DNA from: Candidatus Micrarchaeaceae archaeon
GTDB taxonomy: Archaea > Micrarchaeota > Micrarchaeia > Micrarchaeales > CABMGC01
Reading direction: 5' to 3'
Assembly (NCBI GenBank): GCA_038878295.1
Contig: JAVZVY010000002.1
Coordinates: 1-45,943 of the forward strand
Length of the DNA: 45,943 nucleotides
The position numbers and the translations under genes are program-made. Every line of letters starts with the position of its first letter. Position 1 is the stretch's first letter. This document shows, one piece after another, positions 26,196 to 35,334 of the stretch. The notes under the pieces were generated by a model. That model saw nothing but the letters and a program-made list of their open reading frames with translations, was not told the origin of the DNA and made no database searches.

Positions 26196-27409
26196 TGGGC
26201 AATATGCACGTATATAAGATAGTCCTGCTTGGAGACAAAGATCATGGAAAATCCACACTCATAGGCAATATGCTCATACTCACCAACAGCGTAAGCGGTG
26301 AAAGAATAAAAGAGGCAAAACGCATGAGCAAGGAGCTAGGCAGAGAATTCGAGCCGGGCTTCATTCTTGACAGCTTCTCGGAGGAGCGCGAAGAGGCGAT
26401 GACAATAGACACCACAAGGATGCAGCTCGCCTACAAGAAAGCTGGATTTGAATTTATAGATGTACCGGGCCACGAAGAGCTGATAACAAACATGCTCACT
26501 GGCGCTTCTAATGCGAACACGGCTGTGCTAATAGTTTCTGCAAAGAAAGGCGAAGGAATAAGCATGCAGACAAAACGCCATCTACTTCTTGCAATGATGC
26601 TTGGCATAAACGGCGTAGTCGTCGCTGTTAACAAAATGGACTTGGCCGACTACAGCAAGGATGCCTTTGATAAGATAAAGAACGGAATTACAGCTTTAAT
26701 AGATAACGCAGAGAAATCTCTAGGAAAGGTAAAGTTCGAGTTCGTTCCAATCTCTGCTTACAAAGGAGAAAACCTGATCAATCATTCAAGCAACATGAAA
26801 TGGTACAAGGGCAAACCGCTTGCTGAAGTTTTGCGTGGATATGCGATAAATAAACGCAAAGAAAAAGACGAAGGCTTGCGAGTTGTTGTGCAGGGCAAAA
26901 TGCCTGATGGCACACTTGCTTGCAAGGTGCTTGCTGGAGCGCTCTCTAAAGGAGCTGAAGTCATTTCAATGCCTGGCAGTATAAAATGCGTTGTAAACAA
27001 GATTGTAAAGGCAGGCAAGCCTGTATTACGGGCTTATCCTGGTTCATCACCAGCGTTGGAGCTTAGCAACGCAAATGGCATAGACAGAGGTAGCATAATT
27101 TCGTCACCTGATGATACGCCAAACGTAGGTAAAAAAATTGATGCGCTTGTTTTCTTCTCAGAAGTGCCTAAAAACGCATCTATAAGGCTGAATGGAGTCG
27201 AAACCAGGTGCGATATTGGTATATTAAAAGAGCTTGACATAACTGCAGGCACGCTCAAGGATGGCGAAGCAAGGCCTCTAGGCATATTCAAGGCAGAGAT
27301 AAGCTGCGATAAAGCTGTCGTATTTGAAAAACAGAGTAAAGCCAGCGAACTTGGCAGATTCACGATTTATGATGGTGGAAAATTCGCGGGTTTAGGTATA
27401 GTCATTTGA
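26195..27409 (+). CDS. cysN: CysN/NodQ-like translational-type GTPase, without an APS-kinase domain
   Basis: G1 is GDKDHGKSTLIGNML, G3 is DVPGHEELITNMLTGAS and G4 is NKMD, followed by two beta-barrel domains. The GTG start overlaps the cysD stop (TAGTG). ATG at 26204 is an alternative start. Confidence 0.8.
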   Translation: MGNMHVYKIVLLGDKDHGKSTLIGNMLILTNSVSGERIKEAKRMSKELGREFEPGFILDSFSEEREEAMTIDTTRMQLAYKKAGFEFIDVPGHEELITNMLTGASNANTAVLIVSAKKGEGISMQTKRHLLLAMMLGINGVVVAVNKMDLADYSKDAFDKIKNGITALIDNAEKSLGKVKFEFVPISAYKGENLINHSSNMKWYKGKPLAEVLRGYAINKRKEKDEGLRVVVQGKMPDGTLACKVLAGALSKGAEVISMPGSIKCVVNKIVKAGKPVLRAYPGSSPALELSNANGIDRGSIISSPDDTPNVGKKIDALVFFSEVPKNASIRLNGVETRCDIGILKELDITAGTLKDGEARPLGIFKAEISCDKAVVFEKQSKASELGRFTIYDGGKFAGLGIVI

Positions 27410-28631
27410 TCGCAATTTTTGATATCAATCTGTAGTACTTTTTAAGCATCGCCTTCTCTGTAAAAAGTTTGGCTATATTCCTTGAAGAAGCAATCGCCTG
27501 GTCCATGGCCGATTTGTGGTTTAGCATGTATGAGATTTTGTCAGCAAGATCAGCGCTGCTGAACGTCTTGAAAGAAATCAGCTTGCCTATACTTTGATCC
27601 TTCAAGTCATCTATATATGCACCTTTTGAAAGTATTATAGGCAAGCCGTGAGCGGCTGCTTCTATTATGGTTAGGTTGAAACCTTCCCATACAGAGGGCA
27701 GGACAAACAAATTTGATATGTTGTAGACGTGGTTAACATTTTCTTCGGAGATTTCTCCGGTAAATACGATTCTGTGGTCTTTTGATGCGAGTTTTATGTA
27801 ATCTGTAACCGATTGGCCGCCGCCTACTAGAAGAAGTCGAAGATGCTTGCCCTTGAGGCGCATGAAGGCCTTTATCAATGTGCTAACATTCTTCTGCCTT
27901 TCGAGCATTCTTCCTAGATACAATATTACGAAATCTGAATCGCTGAGACCATAATGCTCTCTGAGCCTTTTTTCGGCTCTCGCGTCACGCTTCACATCCA
28001 CATCAAGTCCGTTAGGTATATAGTAGACTTTATCCGTAAACTTCGAAATCTCCTTAAGCTGAGTCTTGTTCAAGGCGACGCATGCATCAAAATATCCGAA
28101 GAATTTTGACTTTATTGAGTTTATGCTCGCGCCAACGAGCCCAGTGCCCAAGGTAAGCGGCAGGTTACTTTTGCTGAAATATCCGGAAACGACGCTGCTT
28201 GAAATGCTTGCATGGTCTACGAATATTGTTTTAAAATCTAGGCTTTTCTTAACGCTTCTAAGCGTGGAAAAATCCCAGACAGAATTTGAAATTACAATAT
28301 CCGGAGCAATGCTTCTAATCTTTTTTATAAGCGTTTCCCTGCTCATTCCTATATCGAGCATGTTTCTGCCCATCATGAAGAAATATCCCGAGCGCATGAG
28401 CCAGTTTTCAGACAGGCCCTTCTTCTTAACAGCGGGTCCCTGCCAGCTTCTGCTGCCCCTGTTCAGCATTATTGTGTCTTTTTTCTCTTTTAGGTATTCG
28501 GTTTCGTAACCTAAGTAGCTTGTCTTGAAATATCTTTTCAAGCCCTTATAAAGAACGCTTGCTATTCTAGCCTCTCCGCCAAAGGTATTAGTACGCGAAC
28601 CGAAATCCATTATTAATACTTTTTGGTTCAT
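27402..28631 (-). CDS. Glycosyltransferase, GT4/GT1-fold family
   Basis: The C-terminal domain motif PSVWEGFNLTIIEAAAHGLPII is the E-x7-E region. A 4-nt overlap links it to the upstream gene. Confidence 0.85.
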   Translation of the reverse strand: MNQKVLIMDFGSRTNTFGGEARIASVLYKGLKRYFKTSYLGYETEYLKEKKDTIMLNRGSRSWQGPAVKKKGLSENWLMRSGYFFMMGRNMLDIGMSRETLIKKIRSIAPDIVISNSVWDFSTLRSVKKSLDFKTIFVDHASISSSVVSGYFSKSNLPLTLGTGLVGASINSIKSKFFGYFDACVALNKTQLKEISKFTDKVYYIPNGLDVDVKRDARAEKRLREHYGLSDSDFVILYLGRMLERQKNVSTLIKAFMRLKGKHLRLLLVGGGQSVTDYIKLASKDHRIVFTGEISEENVNHVYNISNLFVLPSVWEGFNLTIIEAAAHGLPIILSKGAYIDDLKDQSIGKLISFKTFSSADLADKISYMLNHKSAMDQAIASSRNIAKLFTEKAMLKKYYRLISKIAIK

Positions 28632-29836
28632 GAAAAGAACCTGCGTACGCGTTTGACGTCAAACTTTCTCATTTTGCTTGCGTCTATGCCAGGAACGAAG
28701 CTTATGTTGGCTGGTATGCCGAAACTCTGCGCATAGACTTTCCGTGCGTACAGCTCGCTGACTGCGTTCTCCGAGCCATTCAAATAGCTGAATATGAACT
28801 TTTTTATGTTTGCAAGGGAGCAGTATCTCCCATCGCTTCCGTGCGTGCCAGTTTGATTTCGCGACACTACAGCAAAAGGCACTTTTATGACTTCGTCGTA
28901 AAGCACCGTACCGTGTCCGACAAAACCATGTTCATTAAGCGCTTGACCGTGATCGCTCGTAAAAATTATGAGTTGATTGTCGCCATATCTGTCAAGCAGA
29001 TTTTTGGCTATTTCAACCGCATATTTGTATCCTTTGAGAGCGGCTTTCGAGTATAGTTTTCTCCATGCGGCTATTTTGCTTTGACTTGGTTTCTCTTTTA
29101 GGAAAGGCGTAGCCCAGTTGAAATCGGCATTCTTTTTGCCAACGTAAGGATCGTGGGCTTCCATTAAGTTTACAAAAATGAAATATGGCGTTTTGAAATG
29201 CGTTTCCTTTATTTTTCTTAATATGCGGTAGCCGCCTTTTTCTATGGGCCACCCATCTAAGACTTTGGCTTTTATTTTCTTAAGCGCGGCCACAGGCGTG
29301 TGCACGGCGGCGCTTGCCAGCGCTTCGAGCAGAAGCTCAGGCTCCTTGGCGAGTATACTGCTTGATATCCTTACCACATTGTTTCCGTATATGTTTCTAT
29401 ATTTTGCTATCAGGGGTTTAAGTTTGCTCGAAACCTCTACCACGCTGCCGAAGATGTCGGTAAAATAAGACTCTTCCGTAAAAGAGCCGAAATCCGTGAA
29501 GCCGTATACCGGATGCACATATGGATTTGCGGAAATCGCATACGTATGGAAACCCAACGCGTTTAGATCAGAGACAAACGTCGGCATCCTGAGCTTTATC
29601 CTGTCTATGTCCAAAGATTTTATTTTGCTTGTTTCATGCGCGCCGTGTTCGCTCGGATAAAGGCCTGTGAATATAGACGCGTGCGAAGGCAGCGTCCACG
29701 GCGATGGGGCTATGCAGTTCTTCAGGAATGTCGCATTGCCAAGAGAGCCGATCATGCCATATCTGCGCTCTAGTTTTTCGAATTCGTCAAGCCTAAGCGT
29801 GTCGATTACTATGAGAGCCAAGTTGCTCGCTTTCAC
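28628..29836 (-). CDS. Sulfatase-like alkaline-phosphatase-superfamily enzyme lacking the formylglycine motif
   Basis: Motifs are LIVIDTLRLDEF, PWTLPSHASIFTGLYPSEHG and FTSDHGQALNEHG. The GTG at 29836 forms a GTGA overlap with the upstream stop. The longest ORF starts at ATG 29905. Confidence 0.75.
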   Translation of the reverse strand: MKASNLALIVIDTLRLDEFEKLERRYGMIGSLGNATFLKNCIAPSPWTLPSHASIFTGLYPSEHGAHETSKIKSLDIDRIKLRMPTFVSDLNALGFHTYAISANPYVHPVYGFTDFGSFTEESYFTDIFGSVVEVSSKLKPLIAKYRNIYGNNVVRISSSILAKEPELLLEALASAAVHTPVAALKKIKAKVLDGWPIEKGGYRILRKIKETHFKTPYFIFVNLMEAHDPYVGKKNADFNWATPFLKEKPSQSKIAAWRKLYSKAALKGYKYAVEIAKNLLDRYGDNQLIIFTSDHGQALNEHGFVGHGTVLYDEVIKVPFAVVSRNQTGTHGSDGRYCSLANIKKFIFSYLNGSENAVSELYARKVYAQSFGIPANISFVPGIDASKMRKFDVKRVRRFFS

Positions 29837-31560
29837 TGGGTCACCTTCTCCACGAAATAATTGCCTATTGCCAGGTATTTTGCTCCTGTATTGAGAAGGG
29901 TCCATACAGCATCTTCCGGGCTCATCACTATCGGCTTTCCGTGCTTGTTGAAACTTGTGTTGAGTATTGCGCCTATCCCGGTTTCGTGCTTTATGTTTTC
30001 TATAAGCTTCCTGTAAAGCTTATTCTCTGCTCCGAGCACCTGCGGCCTTGTGGTGCCATCTATGTGAGACGCTGCGACAAGGTCGGCTCTGTGCTCCTTC
30101 CTGACATTGTAAGCAATTGTCATAAATTTTGTGCCTCTTGGATACGGATCAAGGAGTTCGGCTGCGTCTTCCTCAAGGATGGTGCTTGCAAAAGGCTGAT
30201 AATACGGCCTGCGCTTTATTATGATGTTGGTTTCATCCCTGTTCTTTGGATCGCTTGCGAGCGCAAGAACGCTCCTGTTGCCAAGCGCCCTAGGCCCGTA
30301 TTCCATCTTGCCCTGGAACCAGAGTAGGATCTTGTTCTCCTTTGCTATCTTTTCAGCTGCGTATTTCTCTATGTCCTTTACTTCTTCGTACTTGATCTTG
30401 TTTCCCGCTTTCTTCAATTCCCTTTCAATTGCTTCGTTTGTGTAAGAAGGCCCGAAGTAAATATTGTCAATCTGCTTATTGTTGAATTTTCCGTGCTCAA
30501 GAAAATCGACATAATATGCGGCGCCAAGGGCCAAGCCGCCGTCACCCATTTGCGGAAACACAAAGAAATTCTTTACTTCTGGCAGTTGGTTTATCAGCAT
30601 GTTCACTATCACATTAGAGAAAAATCCGCCGGCAACCGCTATGTTCGCGATCTTCGTTTCTTTTATGTACTGCTTGACTATTTTCAAAACCTGGTTTTCA
30701 ACGTGGCGCTGCACAGCATAGGCCAACGCTTCCCTGTTGTATTTCCAAAGAAGCTCATCCTTTATGTATTCAGCAAGCAAGTACTCGAATTTTTTGCCTG
30801 TGTTGCTTACCAGCTGCTTTTTCTTTTCGTCGTACCTTACAATATCTTCAAGCTCTTTTATCTCAGCCGGATACGAATAAGCTGCAAGGCTCATGAGCTT
30901 GCCTTCGTCTTCGCTGTATCGCAGGTCGCAGGCTATAGTTGCCGCGCCGTAAAGTATGCCTATGCTTGCGCTTGCTTTGAACTGATTTATGCGCTTAAGG
31001 TTGCCGTTTTCACCTATAGATATGCTTCCTGAGAGACCGTCGCCAGCTCCATCAAGCGTTATGACAAGCGCCTCCTTGAAGCCTGAGGAATAATACGCAG
31101 AAGCAGCATGCGCCATGTGATGGTCAACAAAGACTATCTTCTTGTTCAAGCCTACAGATTCAAGCCTCTTTCTAAGCTCATAGCCGCCAACATGCTCGCC
31201 TAGGTAACGCCACATTGATTTTGGCTTTTGGTCCTGCACAAGCTTAAATACAAGATTGGTTAGGCGCATTCGCCATACCGATGGCTTTTTTATCTCTTTG
31301 CGCCAAAGCTTCCTCCTTTTCACTTCTAAACCAGGAAATACTCGCGCAAAAAGTGCGCTGCCGCCTATCCATGGAATTGCGATCTTTTCAATTTCGTCAT
31401 CGCCAAGCTCCTTAAGCAGATAATTTATCGAGTTTCTAGGGAAACCAACGTCATTCTTGAGCTTGGTAAAGCGCTCCTCGTTGACTGCGCCAACGACTCT
31501 GCCTTCTTTCACAATTCCAGCACCAGCGTCGTGCGCGTCATGTATTCCTATTATAGGCAT
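29833..31560 (-). CDS. Carbamoyltransferase, NodU/CmcH family
   Basis: The N-terminus MPIIGIHDAHDAGAGIVKEGRVVGAVNEERFTKLKNDVGFP and the 575-aa length are typical of NodU/NovN/TobZ-type O-carbamoyltransferases. Confidence 0.85.
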   Translation of the reverse strand: MPIIGIHDAHDAGAGIVKEGRVVGAVNEERFTKLKNDVGFPRNSINYLLKELGDDEIEKIAIPWIGGSALFARVFPGLEVKRRKLWRKEIKKPSVWRMRLTNLVFKLVQDQKPKSMWRYLGEHVGGYELRKRLESVGLNKKIVFVDHHMAHAASAYYSSGFKEALVITLDGAGDGLSGSISIGENGNLKRINQFKASASIGILYGAATIACDLRYSEDEGKLMSLAAYSYPAEIKELEDIVRYDEKKKQLVSNTGKKFEYLLAEYIKDELLWKYNREALAYAVQRHVENQVLKIVKQYIKETKIANIAVAGGFFSNVIVNMLINQLPEVKNFFVFPQMGDGGLALGAAYYVDFLEHGKFNNKQIDNIYFGPSYTNEAIERELKKAGNKIKYEEVKDIEKYAAEKIAKENKILLWFQGKMEYGPRALGNRSVLALASDPKNRDETNIIIKRRPYYQPFASTILEEDAAELLDPYPRGTKFMTIAYNVRKEHRADLVAASHIDGTTRPQVLGAENKLYRKLIENIKHETGIGAILNTSFNKHGKPIVMSPEDAVWTLLNTGAKYLAIGNYFVEKVTQ

Positions 31561-31679
31561 GCGTCACACCGGTTTTCTATTAACCATGAGAATGCTAACC
31601 ATAATGCAGGCTATAACTGTAATATTGAGTATAATGTATTTCGAAAGAGGATTTAATAAGTTATCTTTGCCTAAGTGAT

Positions 31680-32372
31680 TTGGAGTGTATGGAGGGCTCT
31701 CTGGAAAAGTTCTACTCAGTGGTCAGTATAAACTATGACAAAGTATACAACATACTGACATTCGGACTTAGCAGGGTTTGGAGGCGCAAAATGCTCAACA
31801 AACTTGGCGCCAAAGGCAAAGCCATGGTGCTCGACCTTGCGACCGGAACAGGCGAAACCGCCATAGCGATAGCGAAACAGTATAAAAACTATAAAGTCAT
31901 AGGCCTGGATTTCAACGCTAAAATGCTGAAGATAGCTAAAGAAAAAAGCAGGGGCTTGAAAAACATAAGGTACATAGAGGGCAACGCCGAGGAATATAGG
32001 AGCTTCGGCTCAAAATTCGACTACGTGACTTTGACGTTTTCTCTCGGTGAATTCGAAGATTTGAGGAGCGTAATCGAGAACACCTTCAATATATTGAAAC
32101 CTGGAGGCAAAGTTTTGCTCATGGATATAAACGCTCACAGAAGCACGTTTATAAGAAGGCTCATAAACGCATACTACTATTTGAGGATAATGCCAATGTC
32201 TCAAGCTGAAATAAAGACCGAAATCGAAAGATACGTTCACAGCAGCTACTTTGAAGTGAATATGGAAAACATAGTAGCGCTTTTAAAGCAGGCGGGCTTT
32301 TCAAATATAGAAAAGGAGAGCATGGGCTTTGGCCTGGGCTTTATGATACTTGCGGAGAAGCCAGTTAGCTAG
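31680..32372 (+). CDS. Class I SAM-dependent methyltransferase (UbiE/MenG-like)
   Basis: YDKVYNILTFGLSRVWRRKM followed by VLDLATGTGETAIAIA (motif I). The start is TTG 31680 or ATG 31689. Confidence 0.8.
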   Translation: MECMEGSLEKFYSVVSINYDKVYNILTFGLSRVWRRKMLNKLGAKGKAMVLDLATGTGETAIAIAKQYKNYKVIGLDFNAKMLKIAKEKSRGLKNIRYIEGNAEEYRSFGSKFDYVTLTFSLGEFEDLRSVIENTFNILKPGGKVLLMDINAHRSTFIRRLINAYYYLRIMPMSQAEIKTEIERYVHSSYFEVNMENIVALLKQAGFSNIEKESMGFGLGFMILAEKPVS

Positions 32373-33192
32373 TAAATATTATGCTGGCGTAAGCCACTAC
32401 CGAGGAATAGTCTTTGGTTTCGTCTCCGGAATTGCTGTACTTTAGCAATATTCCCTCTTTCGCCTTTTCTTCTATTGCAATTATTGTTGCGACTGTTATC
32501 GGGCCGTAGCCGCATGCCGTGTCGCCCGATTCCGCTATCGAAGCATTGAAGCCTATATAATCAAGCTTTTTCAGATGCTCTATTGCTGGAAGATCCTTTT
32601 TTTCGGCTATTTTTGCTGATTCGTAGTGGTTGAAATCGGAGCTTGCTATAACTGCAATGCGCCTCCCGAGAGCATTGCTTGCGTCTATAATTGCGTTGCT
32701 GAGCACCTTGCTTGCTTCAAGCGACTGATCGCCCATGCATATGAAGACGCATTTCGGCTCGTTTGCAACCATCTGCAAGAAAGGCAATTGCACCTCTATG
32801 GAATGCTCGTATTCGTGCGCTTCTTCATCTATTGTTATAAATTCGTGTTTTGCTATCTCGTTAGAAAGGGCATTGTCATTTTTGACTATGCCGAGCGGAG
32901 TTTCCCAGTCCATACTTGAAACGGCTATGGGCTTGCCGTATCCTGTGTGATTCGGACCTATTATTACGAAGGTGTCTATTCTCCTGTGCAAAAGTGCGGT
33001 TTTAAGAGCCTTGTAGGTGTATGCGGCTGTTTTTCCAGAATATATGTAGCCTGCATGCGGAGCCACAAAAGAAATTGCTTTGCTTGCATCAACTTGCAAA
33101 ACAGCGTCATCGATGGCGCTGCTGATAAATTTCTTTATCCATGCTTTGTCATTTGGGTAGAAAGCACCAGCGACAGCAGGATGTCTGAACAT
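32365..33192 (-). CDS. MEMO1 family protein (AmmeMemoRadiSam system protein B-like)
   Basis: The N-terminus MFRHPAVAGAFYP is the family signature. Later His/Asp/Cys metal-site residues are also present (APHAGYIYSG, GPNHTG). Confidence 0.8.
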   Translation of the reverse strand: MFRHPAVAGAFYPNDKAWIKKFISSAIDDAVLQVDASKAISFVAPHAGYIYSGKTAAYTYKALKTALLHRRIDTFVIIGPNHTGYGKPIAVSSMDWETPLGIVKNDNALSNEIAKHEFITIDEEAHEYEHSIEVQLPFLQMVANEPKCVFICMGDQSLEASKVLSNAIIDASNALGRRIAVIASSDFNHYESAKIAEKKDLPAIEHLKKLDYIGFNASIAESGDTACGYGPITVATIIAIEEKAKEGILLKYSNSGDETKDYSSVVAYASIIFTS

Positions 33193-33270
33193 TTTATCAA
33201 TTTATGTTGGCAGCAAAAATTATTAAGCTTAGCCGAAAGAATTAGCTGATATTCTTATTCTACTGTGAAA

Positions 33271-33579
33271 TCACTGCTTCTGCTTGCGTATTTGCCTCTT
33301 CATTCTTGCTTCTTTCCTTATCATTGCAAATCTGTCAACTATTTTTTCATAGTGATGCAGGAAAAATAACGCCACAAGCAAAACGGTTACAAGAATTACC
33401 TCCGCGGTGAGCGCTTCATCGAAGTAAAATAGGAATACCGATATTTTATTCCAGTAATGGTTGACCGCGATTAGCGTAGCTATCGTTACCATGTAGTCCA
33501 ATGCCAGCGATCCGTACGCTAGCACCTCTATCCACTTCTTTATTCTCATTATCCTTAGTATGTTTTTCATTTCGGGCAT
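33271..33579 (-). CDS. Small membrane protein (about 3 TM), hypothetical
   Basis: 102 aa with hydrophobic helices and a basic C-terminal tail. Confidence 0.4.
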   Translation of the reverse strand: MPEMKNILRIMRIKKWIEVLAYGSLALDYMVTIATLIAVNHYWNKISVFLFYFDEALTAEVILVTVLLVALFFLHHYEKIVDRFAMIRKEARMKRQIRKQKQ

Positions 33580-33630
33580 GGCTACGCACTTGAAATATGC
33601 AACACTTTTTTCCTGAATAAATAGTTAAAT

Positions 33631-34224
33631 CTATTCTACAGAAGCGAGAAATTCCACTATTATCCTGTTGAATTCTTCCGGATGCGAAAGGTAGCACGCA
33701 TGGGAAGCGCCATCAATCACTTTGTATTCGGAATTCTTTGCGTTTTTCAGCAGTTTCGCACCGGCTTCTGGCGGCGAAATTTCGTCTTTGCTGCCCCAGA
33801 TTCCAAGAATTTTGAAGTTGAATGTTTTTAGTACGCCTTGAGGCAAATACACTGGTCCGACAAGTATCATCGCTTTGATGGCGTTCGAATGCGATTTGGC
33901 AAAATTCACAGCATTTCTTGAGCTTGCACTAGAACCCAGCATGACGACGCTGGCGCTGGCTTTTTCTCTTATAAGGCTGTATAGAAGTTCGATGAAATCG
34001 CTATCATCAATCTTAAACCTGTTTCTGCTTTTAGGAAACCCAGGAACGTCTATGGCTATCACATTGTAACCAGCTGCGTTCATGGCCTTTACAAGTCCGA
34101 CTTGCTCCCAAACTTTCGATTCAAAGCTATATCCGTGAAAGAGCACTGCGAACTTTCTGCAGTCGCATGGAGCATAATAGTATAGCAAATCAAAGCTGTC
34201 ATGTTTGAAGTGTTTCTCTTCCAT
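33631..34224 (-). CDS. Alpha/beta hydrolase fold protein
   Basis: The oxyanion HG is in VLFHGYSF and the nucleophile elbow is MLGSSAS. The Asp lies in GSKDEI and the His in GASHACYL. Confidence 0.75.
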   Translation of the reverse strand: MEEKHFKHDSFDLLYYYAPCDCRKFAVLFHGYSFESKVWEQVGLVKAMNAAGYNVIAIDVPGFPKSRNRFKIDDSDFIELLYSLIREKASASVVMLGSSASSRNAVNFAKSHSNAIKAMILVGPVYLPQGVLKTFNFKILGIWGSKDEISPPEAGAKLLKNAKNSEYKVIDGASHACYLSHPEEFNRIIVEFLASVE

Positions 34225-34270
34225 AGCAAACCATTATATGCGTTACAGATAGAGAAATTTGTGGCTGCGC

Positions 34271-34807
34271 TTAGTGCACGCCTGTTTTGTAGTATTGGAT
34301 TACTTTGTAGAGAACTATTTTAAGCCATGGTGTGAATTTTTCACCGTCTTTTTGTATCTCTTTTTTGAGGTCATCTAGAGAGATCCACCGCCAGTCCATT
34401 ACTTCGTCTGGATTCGGCGTTGCCTTGCCATCGTATGATCCGAATATCACATGATCGTATTCCCATTCGGTTAGCCCGTTGCCCACAGGAGTCTTGTATA
34501 TGAAACTGAAAGCCTCTTTCATTTCGCAATCGAAACCCATTTCTTCCTTAAGCCTGCGGTGCGCCGCATCAAGCACAGATTCGTTTGGGAATGGGTGCGA
34601 GCAGCAGGTATTGCTCCACATGCCTGGCGTATGGTATTTTGACAAAGCGCGTCGCTGCAGCATTGTTTCGCCTTTGCTGTTGAGAACGAAAATAGAAATG
34701 GCTCTGTGCAGCTTTCCGCCATTCATATGGGCTTTTATCTTTTCCTCAGTACCGATCTGCTTGTCATTCTCGTCCACTAGCACAACAAGCTGGCTTCTGT
34801 TCTCCAT
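34271..34807 (-). CDS. idi: Isopentenyl-diphosphate delta-isomerase, type 1 (Nudix fold)
   Basis: LHRAISIFVLNSKGETMLQRRALSKYHTPGMWSNTCCSHP aligns by eye with E. coli Idi [40 protein letters not shown]. Confidence 0.85.
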   Translation of the reverse strand: MENRSQLVVLVDENDKQIGTEEKIKAHMNGGKLHRAISIFVLNSKGETMLQRRALSKYHTPGMWSNTCCSHPFPNESVLDAAHRRLKEEMGFDCEMKEAFSFIYKTPVGNGLTEWEYDHVIFGSYDGKATPNPDEVMDWRWISLDDLKKEIQKDGEKFTPWLKIVLYKVIQYYKTGVH

Positions 34808-35228
34808 GAGATTATTTTTACCGTTTTCTTTATATTCCTTTTCATAGGGCTCAACACTTTAGTAAACCATCCTCTGCTTTATATACAATTCAGGATATGC
34901 TATTCATGTTCCAGTACATAGGCAAGCATGTCCGTTGAAGCGAGAAGCTCCCACACTATGCTTGCCGCGACTTCAACATGGTTTTCACACTTATCTAGCT
35001 CCTTGCCCTCAATGCTGAATGTTCCCATGATCTATGCGTGCCTGCTTCCCTATGTATTAATCTGACTCCTACTACCTCGCAGATATCAGCCAGTTTATCT
35101 GAATGTCCTACTGCAGCCACATAAACCGCGAGTGCAGTTGCTCCCGCCAATCAAAGCTTTTTCCTATGATTTCTTATACGTGAAAAGCGCATAAAACTAT
35201 ACGTGTTTCCAGCTAACTTCAAGTTATG

Positions 35229-35299
35229 TGGAGGCACAGGGAATCGAACCCAGATCTGCACCTTGTAAAGGTGCCGTCCTTCCATTAGACGATGCCTCC
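35229..35299 (-). tRNA. tRNA-Val (anticodon UAC)
   Basis: In the reverse complement the acceptor is GGAGGCA/TGCCTCC and the D arm is GTCT-AATGGAA-GGAC. The anticodon stem is GCACC/GGTGC with loop TTTACAA. The T arm is CTGGG-TTCGATT-CCCTG with one U-U mismatch. Confidence 0.8.
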
Positions 35300-35334
35300 T
35301 CGTTATAATTGTATTGGCTTTATTCTTATTCTTA

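Noticed and set aside
16400-29900. Apparently AT-richer patches (DUF488/MUG region and the RHH-cysDN-GT4 region) as horizontally acquired islands
   Set aside because: Hand counts of sample 60-nt lines ranged from 32% to 50% GC inside these patches and from 38% to 57% outside. That is too noisy to support a claim without a computed sliding-window GC and codon-usage profile.
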